The notes under the pieces are model-generated. The model saw nothing but the letters and a program-made list of their open reading frames with translations. It made no database searches and was not told the DNA's origin. A DNA stretch of 63,002 bases, counting the filler, from Circinaria calcarea (Eukaryota), in assembly GCA_051942165.1 (NCBI GenBank). It is 40 parts of 40 records of this genome, joined end to end, with 100 filler letters (N's around TTAATTAATTAA, not from the genome) between each part and the next. Parts side by side here need not be neighbours in the genome. Positions count along the whole stretch, not along the records: positions 36,436 to 37,910 come from JAVECS010004664.1; positions 38,011 to 39,484 come from JAVECS010004665.1; positions 39,585 to 41,058 come from JAVECS010004666.1; positions 41,159 to 42,631 come from JAVECS010004667.1; positions 42,732 to 44,202 come from JAVECS010004668.1; positions 44,303 to 45,773 come from JAVECS010004669.1; positions 45,874 to 47,343 come from JAVECS010004670.1; positions 47,444 to 48,913 come from JAVECS010004671.1; 32 more parts are not named here. One strand, given 5' to 3'. Positions 36,336 to 48,007 of the stretch are shown in pieces; within the stretch, counting starts at the first letter, position 1; the number at the start of each line of letters is the position of its first letter. The position numbers and the translations under genes were made by a program.

Positions 36336-37735
36336 NNNNNNNNNNNNNNNNNNNNNNNNNNNNNNNNNNNNNNNNNNNNTTAATTAATTAANNNNNNNNN
36401 NNNNNNNNNNNNNNNNNNNNNNNNNNNNNNNNNNNGCGTCGCGAGAGCTCTGAGAGTAGTATCATGCCGTCAATGTTGTCGTATTCTAGTAGTTTGACAT
36501 ATGCGCCCATCTCTGCGATTTGCTTTACGTTTACCTTGGGCCCAAGCAGCGTCAGTCAATATAGCATGCGTAGAAAAGTCTTTGCTCTTACCATAACAAA
36601 TGAATCTATCTCCGGGTACTTCTCCTCGTAGAAGCGGCAATTCGTTAACGACATTTTCGTAGATGTCTATGCGCCTTCTTGCCCTCGAGTCTACGGTCGG
36701 ACTGCGTTTGCTCAACTTCTTTCTACCTGTAGCCGCCGTCCTTGCAGTAATAGCTTTAGTTTTCTTATTCAAGATGAGCAGCAAATATATGCCTAGAAAC
36801 TGAGAGTAATCTTAGAGAAGGTCTAAAAGGCCAGAGGATATATTCAAATAATTTTCACAAATGGCATCTGCCGCTAGGAAGAGTCGCTTGTGGCGTCTAG
36901 AGTGCCTATTTTATCCGCACGTTCACTTAGTACAGTCTATGTATACTAGCTTCTAGTTGCTGCATGAATATCAAGATGCTATTATCTTTCCTGGCAGTTC
37001 AAACGGTAAAATAAACGGTAAACTGCTATGTATCAGTCCTCCCATAGCGTCTTTATCTAGGTAGATAAGGGATAACAGGAAAAGTCGTGAATAACCTCTG
37101 TTTGACACGGCTCTCCATGTACCAACAGGTGGCAACTTATATCCTACAGCAAAAAGGATGCGCGGTGCTGTCAAAAGTGTCAGGAAAGGCTCAGATTTCT
37201 GGGGCCTTTAAGCTAGAATAGGTTCCTGCGCGTAGAATTGTTAATCTGGAGTTTCTCTTTAAAAATAATTCTTTCTCATGAGGTTGACTATTCTAGTTTT
37301 TATTCACCCATGACGTTGGTAGATTCTCTTCGTAGGATGCCTTGGATTGCTGCTCGCTTCTAGAGCTCTACTTATCCGAACAGATAATTGCTCCGTTGCC
37401 ACATCTTACGCTGCATCCTAAGGCAGATGATTGTTATTATGAGACAGTACGAGTCAGGGATATTGTACGTCTGCCTTTTCAGATCTCAGCTGGTCAAGCC
37501 TATGTTAATATAAGTAACTAAACAAAAGTCCCAAGCATCCACTAAGCAATTATCCATCCGCAGCCAAACACAACTTCAAGCGCCATTGCGCCATTGCTAT
37601 CAATGAACAGAGAAAGCCAGCAATCGCGTAAGCCTCCATAATTACCTAACCATAAAGGTGACAGCTCACATCGTTCAAACATAACAAAAGCACCGCAAAC
37701 CCAAACGGCAATAGTACAGGCCATTGTAACCGTCA

Positions 37736-37909
37736 TCATTTAGCAAGTAGTACCTCATAAATGCTCGTCAACACCCCAATTCCTGCGCCGATGAGGATCC
37801 CTCGATGCCCGCCCGGAATGGCTTCTTCGATTCTCTGCACCGTGTCATTCCCCACAAGACCACCAAGTCTTAGGCCCTGGTTATAGACTGACCATGCAAT
37901 CAATGCCTT
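37736..37909 (-). CDS. 3' end of an unknown protein (…GGHRGILIGAGIGVLTSIYEVLLAK*)
   Basis: Open frame from the contig end to TGA with a hydrophobic tail. Confidence 0.45.
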   Translation of the reverse strand, partial: KALIAWSVYNQGLRLGGLVGNDTVQRIEEAIPGGHRGILIGAGIGVLTSIYEVLLAK

Positions 37910-38507
37910 CNNNNNNNNNNNNNNNNNNNNNNNNNNNNNNNNNNNNNNNNNNNNTTAATTAATTAANNNNNNNNNNNNNNNNNNNNNNNNNNNNNNNNNN
38001 NNNNNNNNNNGTTAAATGGCAGTGTAAATTACAATGCATAAGCAATGGTCCCTACAGCAAGGGCCGCGGCCAAATAAGGTTTGAACCGTGCGTAGATATT
38101 AGCCCTATGCGGTTAGATCTGAGTGCTGTGATTGGCCGCTCTCATTGCGCAGTTTCTCGTCCTCCATGGGATACTTCATCTGGAGAATGGAAGCTTTGCC
38201 CCATTGACGGTCTTCTGAAAGTTGTGGCCGCCACAGCTCGTTGCCAAGTTGGCGACGTCAACCACCTTTGACGTTGCAAATCTGCGCCATGAGATTGAAA
38301 GCCTTGTCGGAATAACTTTAGGCCGCAGGCGCCCGCGCGTCTGCGCCGACATCATGGAGTAGATATGATGTTTTGCTATGGCTACGACAAGGTACGCCGC
38401 TTGTTCCATCGGCCCGCATTTCGTGGAGTGACAGCTACGCCTAGCCGTCATTTCTGAGTCAAATCCTTGTCAGCATTATTGTTGCAGAATGGAGCGAGGG
38501 TTACATG

Positions 38508-39255
38508 GGCTTGACTCGGGACAGCCAACTTCGAAAGCCAACTTCGGCGACAGCCAACTTGGCGTATGATGTTACTTGCTAGTAATTTTGGCTGTAATTA
38601 ACATCCGCCACCAATGCAATTATCGATTCAATTTTACAACGCAACCGACCTCGCTGTTACCACGAATTCAAAGGATTTGATTGGTCTCCGAAGATATATC
38701 AATTTTTAGCGTGGTGTTGAATCTATTTGACGCTTATTCACGGGTCCTTTTTGCTTGCGCAGGTAAGCCCTTCTTGTTCATCTCTCTATAGTTGATAGTA
38801 TGGGCCCGTGAACGTTTCGGGCGCGCTTCTGATTCCAACCTAGACGGTGCTGTTGAAGCAGGAAGGCCTTCGGCTTCAAAGGCCCATCCCTGTAAACGCT
38901 CGAGGCAGGCGTTAAAGGAAAGAAAAATCTCGCCGTTGATAAGAGGGACTCGCCAGATAGATGGAAAGATGGCTATATAGCGCTCAACGACCCCGCGGTA
39001 ATGGTTTGAACATTCAGGCTTTGCATAAAAAACTTCCTCAGCCATTTTAATGATATACCACGAAGATATCTCAGGTTACCGATTTAGGAAGAGTTTGAGA
39101 GCGATAGCGAGGTCAGAATTGCAAGATTTAGGTTGGTTGACAAACTGTTTAAATTTTCATGTTCCTCTAGGCTAAATTACAGTGTGACGTGCACATTACC
39201 CGAAGTTGGCTGTCGCCGAAGTTGGCTTTCGAAGTTGGCTGTCCCGAGTCAAGCC
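38508..39255 (-). mobile_element. Internally deleted Mutator-like (MULE) element, 748 bp, with ~50-bp TIRs
   Basis: GGCTTGACTCGGGACAGCCAACTTCGAAAGCCAACTTCGGCGACAGCCAACTT is perfectly inverted at both ends. Degenerate 9-bp flanks GGGTTACAT/TCGATACAT. Internal ORF is transposase-like. Confidence 0.85.
38734..39045 (-). CDS. 103-aa ORF: apparent in-frame fusion of MULE transposase N- and C-termini
   Basis: WRVPLINGEIFLSFNACLERLQGWAF resembles the fungal MULE N-terminal GExFxSxxxCxxRL motif. LPASTAPSRL..RPKRSR resembles the C-terminal tail. No DDE core. Confidence 0.6.
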   Translation of the reverse strand: MAEEVFYAKPECSNHYRGVVERYIAIFPSIWRVPLINGEIFLSFNACLERLQGWAFEAEGLPASTAPSRLESEARPKRSRAHTINYREMNKKGLPAQAKRTRE

Positions 39256-39871
39256 GTCGATACATTCCTGTTGAGACCCAGTAAATCCGTCCCAAGGGTG
39301 CAAGAATGTCGGACAATGCTTTCCTCCGGGACTGCTGATGGATGTGAGGGGACTCTTCGGGTTTTGGAACGTCTAATATTTCCAAAGATAAACACAACCA
39401 CACTCTCGCCAAGGAACCGGAGTTGTGTCCATGCAGTCTGAAGGGTTTGTCGATACGTTTTACGTCACTCACAACCCCCTAGGCNNNNNNNNNNNNNNNN
39501 NNNNNNNNNNNNNNNNNNNNNNNNNNNNTTAATTAATTAANNNNNNNNNNNNNNNNNNNNNNNNNNNNNNNNNNNNNNNNNNNNGACAGATTTCCCCCTT
39601 TCTATCTCTCCCCCATCTCCCTCCGACCTTCCCCCCTTATTTTCTCACGGATTCCAATAATGCAGCCCGGGTGCAGTTTGGATTAGTATTCCCGTGCGCA
39701 AAATAAAGCTTTCCTACCCCATACCACCACTGCAGTCTGCAGATTCAAGATATTATAATATATAAAACTTCTGCACCGCCCCCTTTAAAATTTAATAAGG
39801 ACCACTATTGGAAGATATAAATAGAATTTACCGCGTTAACGTATTATTAACGGCGCAACTCTCTCTATATA

Positions 39872-40238
39872 TGTTATGGCGTCCCCGCCATGACATGCAC
39901 TAGACCGGATCAGGACTAGGGCACGGAACGGAGGAACCCCTGGGGCGGTGCTCAGTATGCTCATGAGGGTGAGCAAGGTGAGCAAGGTGAGCACAGTGCT
40001 CAGGTGCTCAGGATGCTCATGGAAGTGAGCAAGGTGAGCAGAGTGAGCACAGGATTATATATAGCAGGCTATTCCCGCTCTTTAGAATAGCATGCTTATA
40101 GACCCATAACGAGTTCAATATATACTTTCTATATTGAGCCTAGAACAACAGTTTGACTACGTTCTATGTAACCGTGCTACCACCAATCGGAGCCTATCAT
40201 ATTCCTCAATAGCCTCCAAGGATTGCAGCGCCCTTACA
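39872..40238 (+). mobile_element. LTR family A (367 bp), no matching TSD
   Basis: TGTTATGGCG...GCGCCCTTACA; variable half with (GGTGAGCAA)n; flanks ATATA/GAGCG. Confidence 0.9.
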
Positions 40239-40318
40239 GAGCGGCGGATTCGCCGTCAGCTGGTATTGAGGGTTCTATACTCACACCCGCCTGGCCTATG
40301 GAATAACTAGGAGTGACG

Positions 40319-40671
40319 TGTAATGGCGCAACCCGCAGGGCTGTGCCAAGAGGTATAGGCCGTACGCGTACCAAAAATATTTCTAGTACTGGACGTACTG
40401 GACGTACTAAACGTGGTTACATCCACGATATCCACCACGTCCACCCCTTTTAAGAAGGTTCGTATAACCTCGGAAAGATTTATATAATTTTAATTCTTTC
40501 CGTAATATTTAACCTATATGGTCAAGACCTTACAAATATAACAATATATTTCTATTATTATTTCTTACTTACTAAATGATTGATATAGAACCTTCGTGCA
40601 TATTTACCGAACCCCTGCCTTATACCAGTGACTAAGCATTGCCTTTGCCTAAGAAGCTTAGGGACGTAACA
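40319..40671 (+). mobile_element. Solo LTR family B (353 bp); TSD TGACG/TAATG (two transitions)
   Basis: TGTAATGGCGC...GGGACGTAACA; homologous segments at 15667-15806 and 45178-45437. Confidence 0.85.
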
Positions 40672-41158
40672 TAATGGGTCCAAGTAGGATCCCACTATCT
40701 TGGATAAGCTCATATATTATTAACCTCCTCTATCACTTTCGTATGCAAACTGCGACCGACAGCCTTCCGATATAACATACGCATACTTTTCAGTATTCAT
40801 GGATCGTGCTCCTCTTCCGTACTTGAGGGTAGAAATTTATAATCCATTTGAGAAACGTTATAATATCCTCCTTTATAGAATTCAAAAGAAAATCGAATCA
40901 TTTACTTAGTGGTCAGGGATAATAATCCCTAACGCGGTTCAGAGTATTTTTTATTATATAAATATAAATTATATATATTATAAATACCGCGCTAGGAATT
41001 ATTAAGTCTGACGATCAAAATAATTATTTATTAAGTTTTTAATATTATAGGTTCTTTCNNNNNNNNNNNNNNNNNNNNNNNNNNNNNNNNNNNNNNNNNN
41101 NNTTAATTAATTAANNNNNNNNNNNNNNNNNNNNNNNNNNNNNNNNNNNNNNNNNNNN

Positions 41159-42439
41159 GTATAGTGGGTACCGGATGGTTTGGACGACACCTTTGTAGGG
41201 CTGAATTGGGACTTCCGCAACGAAGGGCACGTCGTGACGGTATCTCGATGGCGGAAAAGGACTGGAAGGACTGGCATGCAGCCCACCATCAGTCCGATGT
41301 CAATCTCTAGAATCCTGGGAGATGTCAGTATCTCGACCACCAATAGACCGCAATGCTTACAAGCAGATGTATATCTGTGGCACATCCCATGTAAAATCCG
41401 GGCTATTCAGATACACAATTCGCAAAGCCAAACCAATGACACCAGCACAGCAGGCTCTGACTTTCGATTAGTATTCAGTGATGATTCTTGTCGCATTAGA
41501 TCTTCGCGGTAACTTACAGAAATCCGGTGAAGAAGACCGCAGATATCTCGAGCTTTTTCTTGGTTGGCATTTGTAGCTTCGAGACTGCGAATATAGGCAG
41601 TAGTAATATGTAAAAGTCGCTGATGACGTTAAATGCGCTTGTAGCAGTTCCAGCTACTTCTACTCTATTGGTGCATTGAGCACTTGGATTGGAATTCAGG
41701 CAGAGTAACGCCGTCAAAAGAATGTAGATAACATGAAGTAAAACCATGAACACAATCCCAAAGTATATTGCAAATCTCGCTTTCCGGTTGGGAGAAAACA
41801 GCCGGAGGAATAATAAAAGAATACTAAGTTTAGCAAATACCATCGGAGGCGGATAGAGGAAGCGGATAGCTCTCAATAGCTATATAGAGATCGTCAGCTA
41901 TTGCTTCAGTACTCGGGTTGAGACAGCGCTCCACTTTGATGTTCGATTCGCTGAAAAGTATTGTCACCGGAACGTTCCATTGATGAGGTCCAAGTCCAGT
42001 TTGGATTGCTAAAGCACCTTAGCTAAAGACGAAATCGTCACCATGCTCTTGAGCTTACCTCGAATTATCAAGCCCGTAAAGGCAACTGATGTTATCTATC
42101 ACAAACGTTAGAATTAAACAAAGAAACACTCCGATGTAGCAATACTGTGCCTGCGATACAAGCATCTGTAAACAGCCAATCAGTGAGATAGAAGCTAATT
42201 ATCATGGAACGAAGCCAAGCCTTACAATCGTCCGCCGTGAACGATCTCACATAGAATGCCTTTGCGTACATCCGGGCTATCACAAAAAGAAGCATAATAG
42301 CTGTAATCACTCCAATGGCAGCGATGATACCGGGCCCTCGAGAAAAGGGATCGACAAAGTTGGATGCAACGCCTGGGGGCGGATTTAAAGCGGGAATCAG
42401 CGAGAGATCAACACCTGGCGGACTGGGCCATGTTGACAT
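41159..42439 (-). CDS. PTH11-like integral membrane/GPCR-like protein (no CFEM), multi-intron, 3'-partial
   Basis: PPPGVASNFVDP, ARMYAK..ADD, GLGPHQWNV, AKLSILLLFLRLF, NVISDFYILLLPI..LQM, EIDIGLMVGCMPVL. Confidence 0.9.
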
Positions 42440-42777
42440 AGCTAGTGGAGATGTGAAAGAAGAGGAGAAGAAGATTAACTGCTGTAAAACAAGGATATTG
42501 CACTTGTCCGAATAGTCAAGTGGGCAAGAAAGCGCGACTCCACATAACATTGTCTGAATCTGCGGCCAAACATCAAGGTTATATAGATGGCAGTAGTAGA
42601 AAGAAGAGGTATGCATCCACCGTCGACTTTTNNNNNNNNNNNNNNNNNNNNNNNNNNNNNNNNNNNNNNNNNNNNTTAATTAATTAANNNNNNNNNNNNN
42701 NNNNNNNNNNNNNNNNNNNNNNNNNNNNNNNATCAAATGAGTCTTCGGACCAGGAAATCTCGCAACCATACCTGAAG

Positions 42778-44202
42778 ATGTCTTTACCAGGGGTTAATAT
42801 CAATAATGAGCACAACTTCGTGACACCTACAGAGACGCACAGGAGGCACAGTATGGGCTCGCCAGTCTTAGACTTTAGTTCCAGCTCTTTCGGGTCACCA
42901 CCTCATGAATTATACACAGACTTTGACTTTGGCGACCTAGTTCTACCTATGCGGCAGACCAGAATCAGAGACGGAGGGCTTGAAACGCTTTTGCCACCCT
43001 CCAATCCATTGCTGTCAAGCCGCATGCGAAATCCTGACCACGGCGTCACTGCAACCCAGTCGGAGAAACCAAGAGCAGACATCAACCATTCCTCTTCAGA
43101 CCCAAGGAAACGCACTGCCATATATAGAACAAGGGGATCTCGCGAGCTACGCCAAAAGGCCAATCAGCACGCTAATAGTATAGTTGAGTGGCTGGATGAA
43201 CCTAATCCCACAAACCACTCAGGCCTCTCGAGCTCACAACGGGCCATGGTCAAAGGAACACCATTAAATTCTTTGAATGAGAATACCGTACTACATACCA
43301 TCACTGAGGATTTCACAGCACTTGCCCTGACTGAAGAAAACAAACCACAAAGGCAGGATATATCAGCGTTCGATATTGGAAACGGGGTTGGGAGCGCTGT
43401 AAGTTTGCCATAGATGCAACGCCTATCGTTACTAAATAAAAGCAAGCAGGCGCGCACACCGCAAGTTCATATATCAGACAATGGTGAAAGTGATGAATCA
43501 GATCTCGCATATGGGATTGAGGATACAGTAATCGAGCAGGCAGTAGGTCCATCATGGTCTTCAACGTATAGCAAGGTTGAGAGTCTAACATCAAGTAGCA
43601 GGTTGTAACTTTCTCCAGGTCTACTACACATCCTCGCCTGATTGTACTTCCACGTCGCCATCCGGCCGCCACCTCAACGTCATTCATTCACCCCACGGGA
43701 CACACTGAAGATGACGATAAGCCTCTGTCCAAGGCCACCGGCTTGTATCCTCGCAGATTTGATCTTCCGGTGACTCCGCCATACGCTTCTCCGATCACTC
43801 CTCAAACCCCGCGCTCTAGGTTTTCTTTCCAGAACATGATCTCCTCGGTCACAAAGCGACGATCCGAACAAGAAACGATTCAAAGACAGCTGGTTGACGA
43901 ACAGGCGATATTCTACGAGCTTGAAGTTGCCATGGACGTTTCGGTCAAGTCTGATGACCGCCGAATAACTGTGGATTCCGCCATATTTAAATATCTCCGT
44001 GACCGCCAACAGTTGTTCTTCGCGGAGATCACCATGTCTGATTGTCAAACGCCTAAATCCTTCGGGTCCTCGCGTCGATTTCCTTCTTCTCGATCGCAGG
44101 TTTCCTTGACCCAACTTGCAGAACCTGTCCTCGGTAATCTTGGAGTCAATGAAAATGCGACCTCTGGACTCACGCTTCGTGGCACGAAAGGCCATGACAG
44201 CG
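42778..44202 (+). CDS. Hypothetical protein, probably spliced (intron ~43399-43442 and a second near 43570-43620), 3'-partial
   Basis: Consecutive long ORFs separated by GTAAGT...CTAA...AG-like sequences. Confidence 0.55.
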
Positions 44203-44821
44203 NNNNNNNNNNNNNNNNNNNNNNNNNNNNNNNNNNNNNNNNNNNNTTAATTAATTAANNNNNNNNNNNNNNNNNNNNNNNNNNNNNNNNNNNNNNNNNN
44301 NNAATAAAATAAAGAAAAATAATAAATATATTATTACCGCGCGTTTTGCCGGTTAATATAATAAATATATTTTACGATTATTAATCTATTTATTCGTCGT
44401 ATCCGATTTATAATAAATTATCGATATTATTTTATTTATTCGTCCTCTTGGGCTCATAATAAACTACCGGTATTATAATATATTTATTTATCTCCCTCGA
44501 TTCGTAGTAAGCTGCCGAATAATTAATTCGTCCTCCATAAATACGTATTTAAAGCCCGTATATTAATTCGTTTCTTAAAATATATAATCAGTTGCCGTGT
44601 GCCTATTTATTTTCCTTAAATATATAATAAATTATTATATTGCTCGTTTTGCTCTTTAATAATATATTAAGTCGCCGCGATATTAGGAATCGTATTAATT
44701 ATATTTATAAAATAACTACGTTAACCCGGTGCTCATAATTATTTAAATAATATAAATAAGTATTATTATACAACCTGTTGATAGAATTATTATTATATTA
44801 AAAATTATTTAATTAGCTACG

Positions 44822-45177
44822 TGTTATGGCGCCAGCACCATAGCATGCGCTAAGGATAAAAGGAGTTAGGTCCCGGGGATACTAAAGACCGAACTCCGGG
44901 TTGCTTACAATGCTGCTCCGTGTAATTATAGGGAGCATAGGAATCAAGGGTTTGCTCACCATGGGCAGGACGGGAGCAGAGGGAGCATGGGAAGTAACCA
45001 TTATATATAGCAGGCTATTCCCGCTCTTTAGAATAGCATGCTTATAGACCGTGTTCAATAGACTCTGTACTATTGAGCCTAGGGCAATAGTTCAACTACA
45101 CCCTATGTAACCGTGCTATCACCAATCGGGACTTAAGATATTCCTCATTAGGCCCCCGGGATTGGAGCGCCCTTACA
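44822..45177 (+). mobile_element. LTR family A (356 bp)
   Basis: TGTTATGGCGCC...GAGCGCCCTTACA; flanks CTACG/ATAAG do not match. Confidence 0.9.
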
Positions 45178-45437
45178 ATAAGTAGATAATAATAAAAGTA
45201 TATTATTATACTAGTAAGGTCTTGACCACACAGGTTAAATATTACGGAAAGGATTATAATTATATAAGCCTTTCCCAGGTTACACGAACCCTTCTAAAAG
45301 GGGTGGATGTCGTGGATGTCGTGGACGCCATAAACATAACGACGTCCAGCACGTCCAGCACGTCCAGTACCACCAATACGCCTAACCCGCGTATTGCTCA
45401 GACCTCTTGGCATAGCCTTATGGGTTGCGCCATTACA
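45178..45437 (-). mobile_element. LTR family B, truncated by the adjacent family A LTR
   Basis: Reverse-complement homology to 40319-~40575; ends GCGCCATTACA. Confidence 0.82.
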
Positions 45438-45604
45438 ATTATAACGCCAGCACTATAATATGCACTAAGAATTAACCGGGTTAAATCTCGGGGTTAAAAG
45501 GGACCGGATTCCGAGTTATTTATCTTACTGCTTTATATAATTATAAGAAGTATAAGAAATTAATATATTATTTATTATAAATAAAAAGGGAGTAACGGGA
45601 GTAT
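45438..45604 (+). mobile_element. Heavily RIP-mutated family A LTR 5' half
   Basis: TTATAACGCCAGCACTATAATATGCACTAAG is a transition-mutated form of TTATGGCGCCAGCACCATAGCATGCGCTAAG. Confidence 0.7.
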
Positions 45605-45773
45605 TGTAAGGGCGCTCCAATCCCGGGGGCCGAATGAGGAATATGTTAAGTCCCGATTGGTGATAGCACGGTTACATAGGGTGTAGTTGAACTGTTGCCC
45701 TAGGCTCAATAGTAAGGGGTCTATTGAACACGGTCTATAAACATGCTATTCTAAAGAGCGGGAATAGCCTGCT
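45605..45773 (-). mobile_element. LTR family A, partial (contig end)
   Basis: TGTAAGGGCGCTCCAATCC... conserved half. Confidence 0.9.
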
Positions 45774-46638
45774 NNNNNNNNNNNNNNNNNNNNNNNNNNN
45801 NNNNNNNNNNNNNNNNNTTAATTAATTAANNNNNNNNNNNNNNNNNNNNNNNNNNNNNNNNNNNNNNNNNNNNCCACACTGCAGTACTACCGTAACATAA
45901 TACAACATCTAGGAGAGTTCTGATCTGCACCGATAGTGTACGAGCAGAGCTACACCAAACAGTACAGCCAATAATCTCGTCGAATGGTGGTAAAAATACT
46001 ATCGTCTCATGTTGAACTTTACGAGGTCTGTAGATACTCGATAAAGTATAGTGTAATTGGGCGTTGTGTTACGTCTTCTGTTATATACTCACAATACAAT
46101 AAGTGAGACAATTCGTGTATAGTATTTCAGTATGGGCGAAATCTACGCGAAGTATGAAAAGTCTCTGGATTAGTAGAGAGAAAAACAACGCTTTTATGTG
46201 TTCCACCACGCTAATTACTCGCGTAATAGCTCACGTAAACACGTGCTTCTGAGTGTATGTGCCTAGTTCGACATCTCATTTACTGGGGGCATTAAAGCTC
46301 CAGGCGTTCCAAAAGGGGCCGGACGGAAAAGGGGGAAAAAGAGGGGCTGATGGCTCTATCCCCTAAGCCATTGCTCTGGCCGAACGAACCGTGCCAACCT
46401 TAGCTGCTGGTCCGTGCCAGCCTAGCTGAGCCAAATTTTACCCCTTGTATCCAGGGAATGCACGGTTCGTTCGGGGATCTTATACGAGTAAAACCTTCTG
46501 TTATGGTGGTCTACCGTTGCAGCTTTTTAGCAATGGCTTCCACTCATCGTGACCTTCTGGATGAGGTCGCGTATAAACGTATAATGGAGGGTTGAAATTG
46601 GAATAGTACTGTTCTGAATATCGACTTTTGACTGCTCT

Positions 46639-47343
46639 CTAACCAATTCTCTTTTCCTTTATATACCCTAGAGTGGGCGTTAGCAGCGCTCGGCTCCTTA
46701 AAAGGGAGTAGAACCTACAGCTGCTCAGGACCGTTATAGTTGCGAGGCCAAACATGAAGACGAACCCGTCCCTGGTGGCGATTGCGTGGCATTTCTCTAC
46801 GACCGCAGCGATCCCCGGTTCCAGGGTCTTGACGTAATCCAAGCTCTCTCGTATTCGCTGTATGATATACTCGGTGTCTTCCCTACCGTCCAAGCGCTCT
46901 GCAAGTTGACTCCGCAGCGATTGCTGTATAACGGTTGCTGATAAGGACAAGCCGACGACGGATCCAAGGCTGCGGAAGAGGTATGAACATGCGGTTACGA
47001 CCGCTTGGTGCTCGAGAGATACGTTGGCAATCATACCGATCAATGTGGTGGTTTGGCCGGCTCCCTGTCCGAACCCACCTATGAAAAGGCCAGCAGCGAT
47101 ACCGTAGGTACTATTCACCAGAACACCCGCAGAAAGAATAATGGCTATCATTCCAAAAACCAATCCAGAGTATGAAGCGACCGTAAGCCAGTAGTATCTT
47201 CGAGTCCTTTGTATTACGATGCCCCCGACCAGAGACCCCCATACCCCTGCCAGGATTCCAGGGAGCAGTCGGACACCAGCTTGAGTCGCCGTGAATCTGT
47301 CGACTGCTTGAAAGAAGAGTGGTAAGTAGAAGTTGACGGAAAA
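46639..47343 (-). CDS. MFS multidrug/vacuolar basic amino acid transporter (DHA2/Vba-like), 3' part
   Basis: FYLPLFFQAV, AGVRLLPG, TTTLIGMIAN..QAVVTACSYLFRSLGSVVGLS; probable short last intron. Confidence 0.88.
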   Translation of the reverse strand, partial: FSVNFYLPLFFQAVDRFTATQAGVRLLPGILAGVWGSLVGGIVIQRTRRYYWLTVASYSGLVFGMIAIILSAGVLVNSTYGIAAGLFIGGFGQGAGQTTTLIGMIANVSLEHQAVVTACSYLFRSLGSVVGLSLSATVIQQSLRSQLAERLDGREDTEYIIQRIRESLDYVKTLEPGIAAVVEKCHAIATRDGFVFMFGLATITVLSSCRFYSLLRSRALLTPTLGYIKEKRIG

Positions 47344-48007
47344 NNNNNNNNNNNNNNNNNNNNNNNNNNNNNNNNNNNNNNNNNNNNTTAATTAATTAAN
47401 NNNNNNNNNNNNNNNNNNNNNNNNNNNNNNNNNNNNNNNNNNNTATGTTTGGTAGTGTGTGGTAGTATGGGAGGTGCCCGACTCGGGTCCGGCTCATCTA
47501 CATGACTGTAGCTGGGAGGATCGGGGGAAGCCAGGTGGAAATAGGCACTGCGGCATGTGCTGCCGCATTGCACGGGAGACAATCGGTGAAATTAGACACG
47601 CGAAGGCGAAAGAAAGAGGCGGTGGGAAGCGTGGAGGCTTAATAGGCTTCGACTCGTCTACTCTTGCCCAAAGCTAAAGGGGAGAGGGAGGGGAGATGGT
47701 AGATCCTGTATCTCCCCGAACTTCTGCAGAATGAGTAGGTAGCGGTCGGACTACCTTTATCCGATCCGACAGTAAATTCATCAGGAAGACGGCATGGATA
47801 GTGACTTTGCCAACAATAGCAGTTCCTGTCCTGCTGTCCTCATTCACTCTTTTATATTACTATTGATGCTCCTTTGAGCTTGCCTCATCATTTTCAATGC
47901 AACATGATGTCCAGCGTCCAACAATTGCGATGACGACATCATCATCATCATCCTCCTGACTCTGCTGCCCAGATATCTAGAGGACCGGGAACCATAATCT
48001 GTCCAGC

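Noticed and set aside
43411..43416. TAG-ATG junction as stop readthrough or pseudogene
   Set aside because: The stop falls inside a plausible intron (GTAAGT at ~43399 to AG at ~43442).
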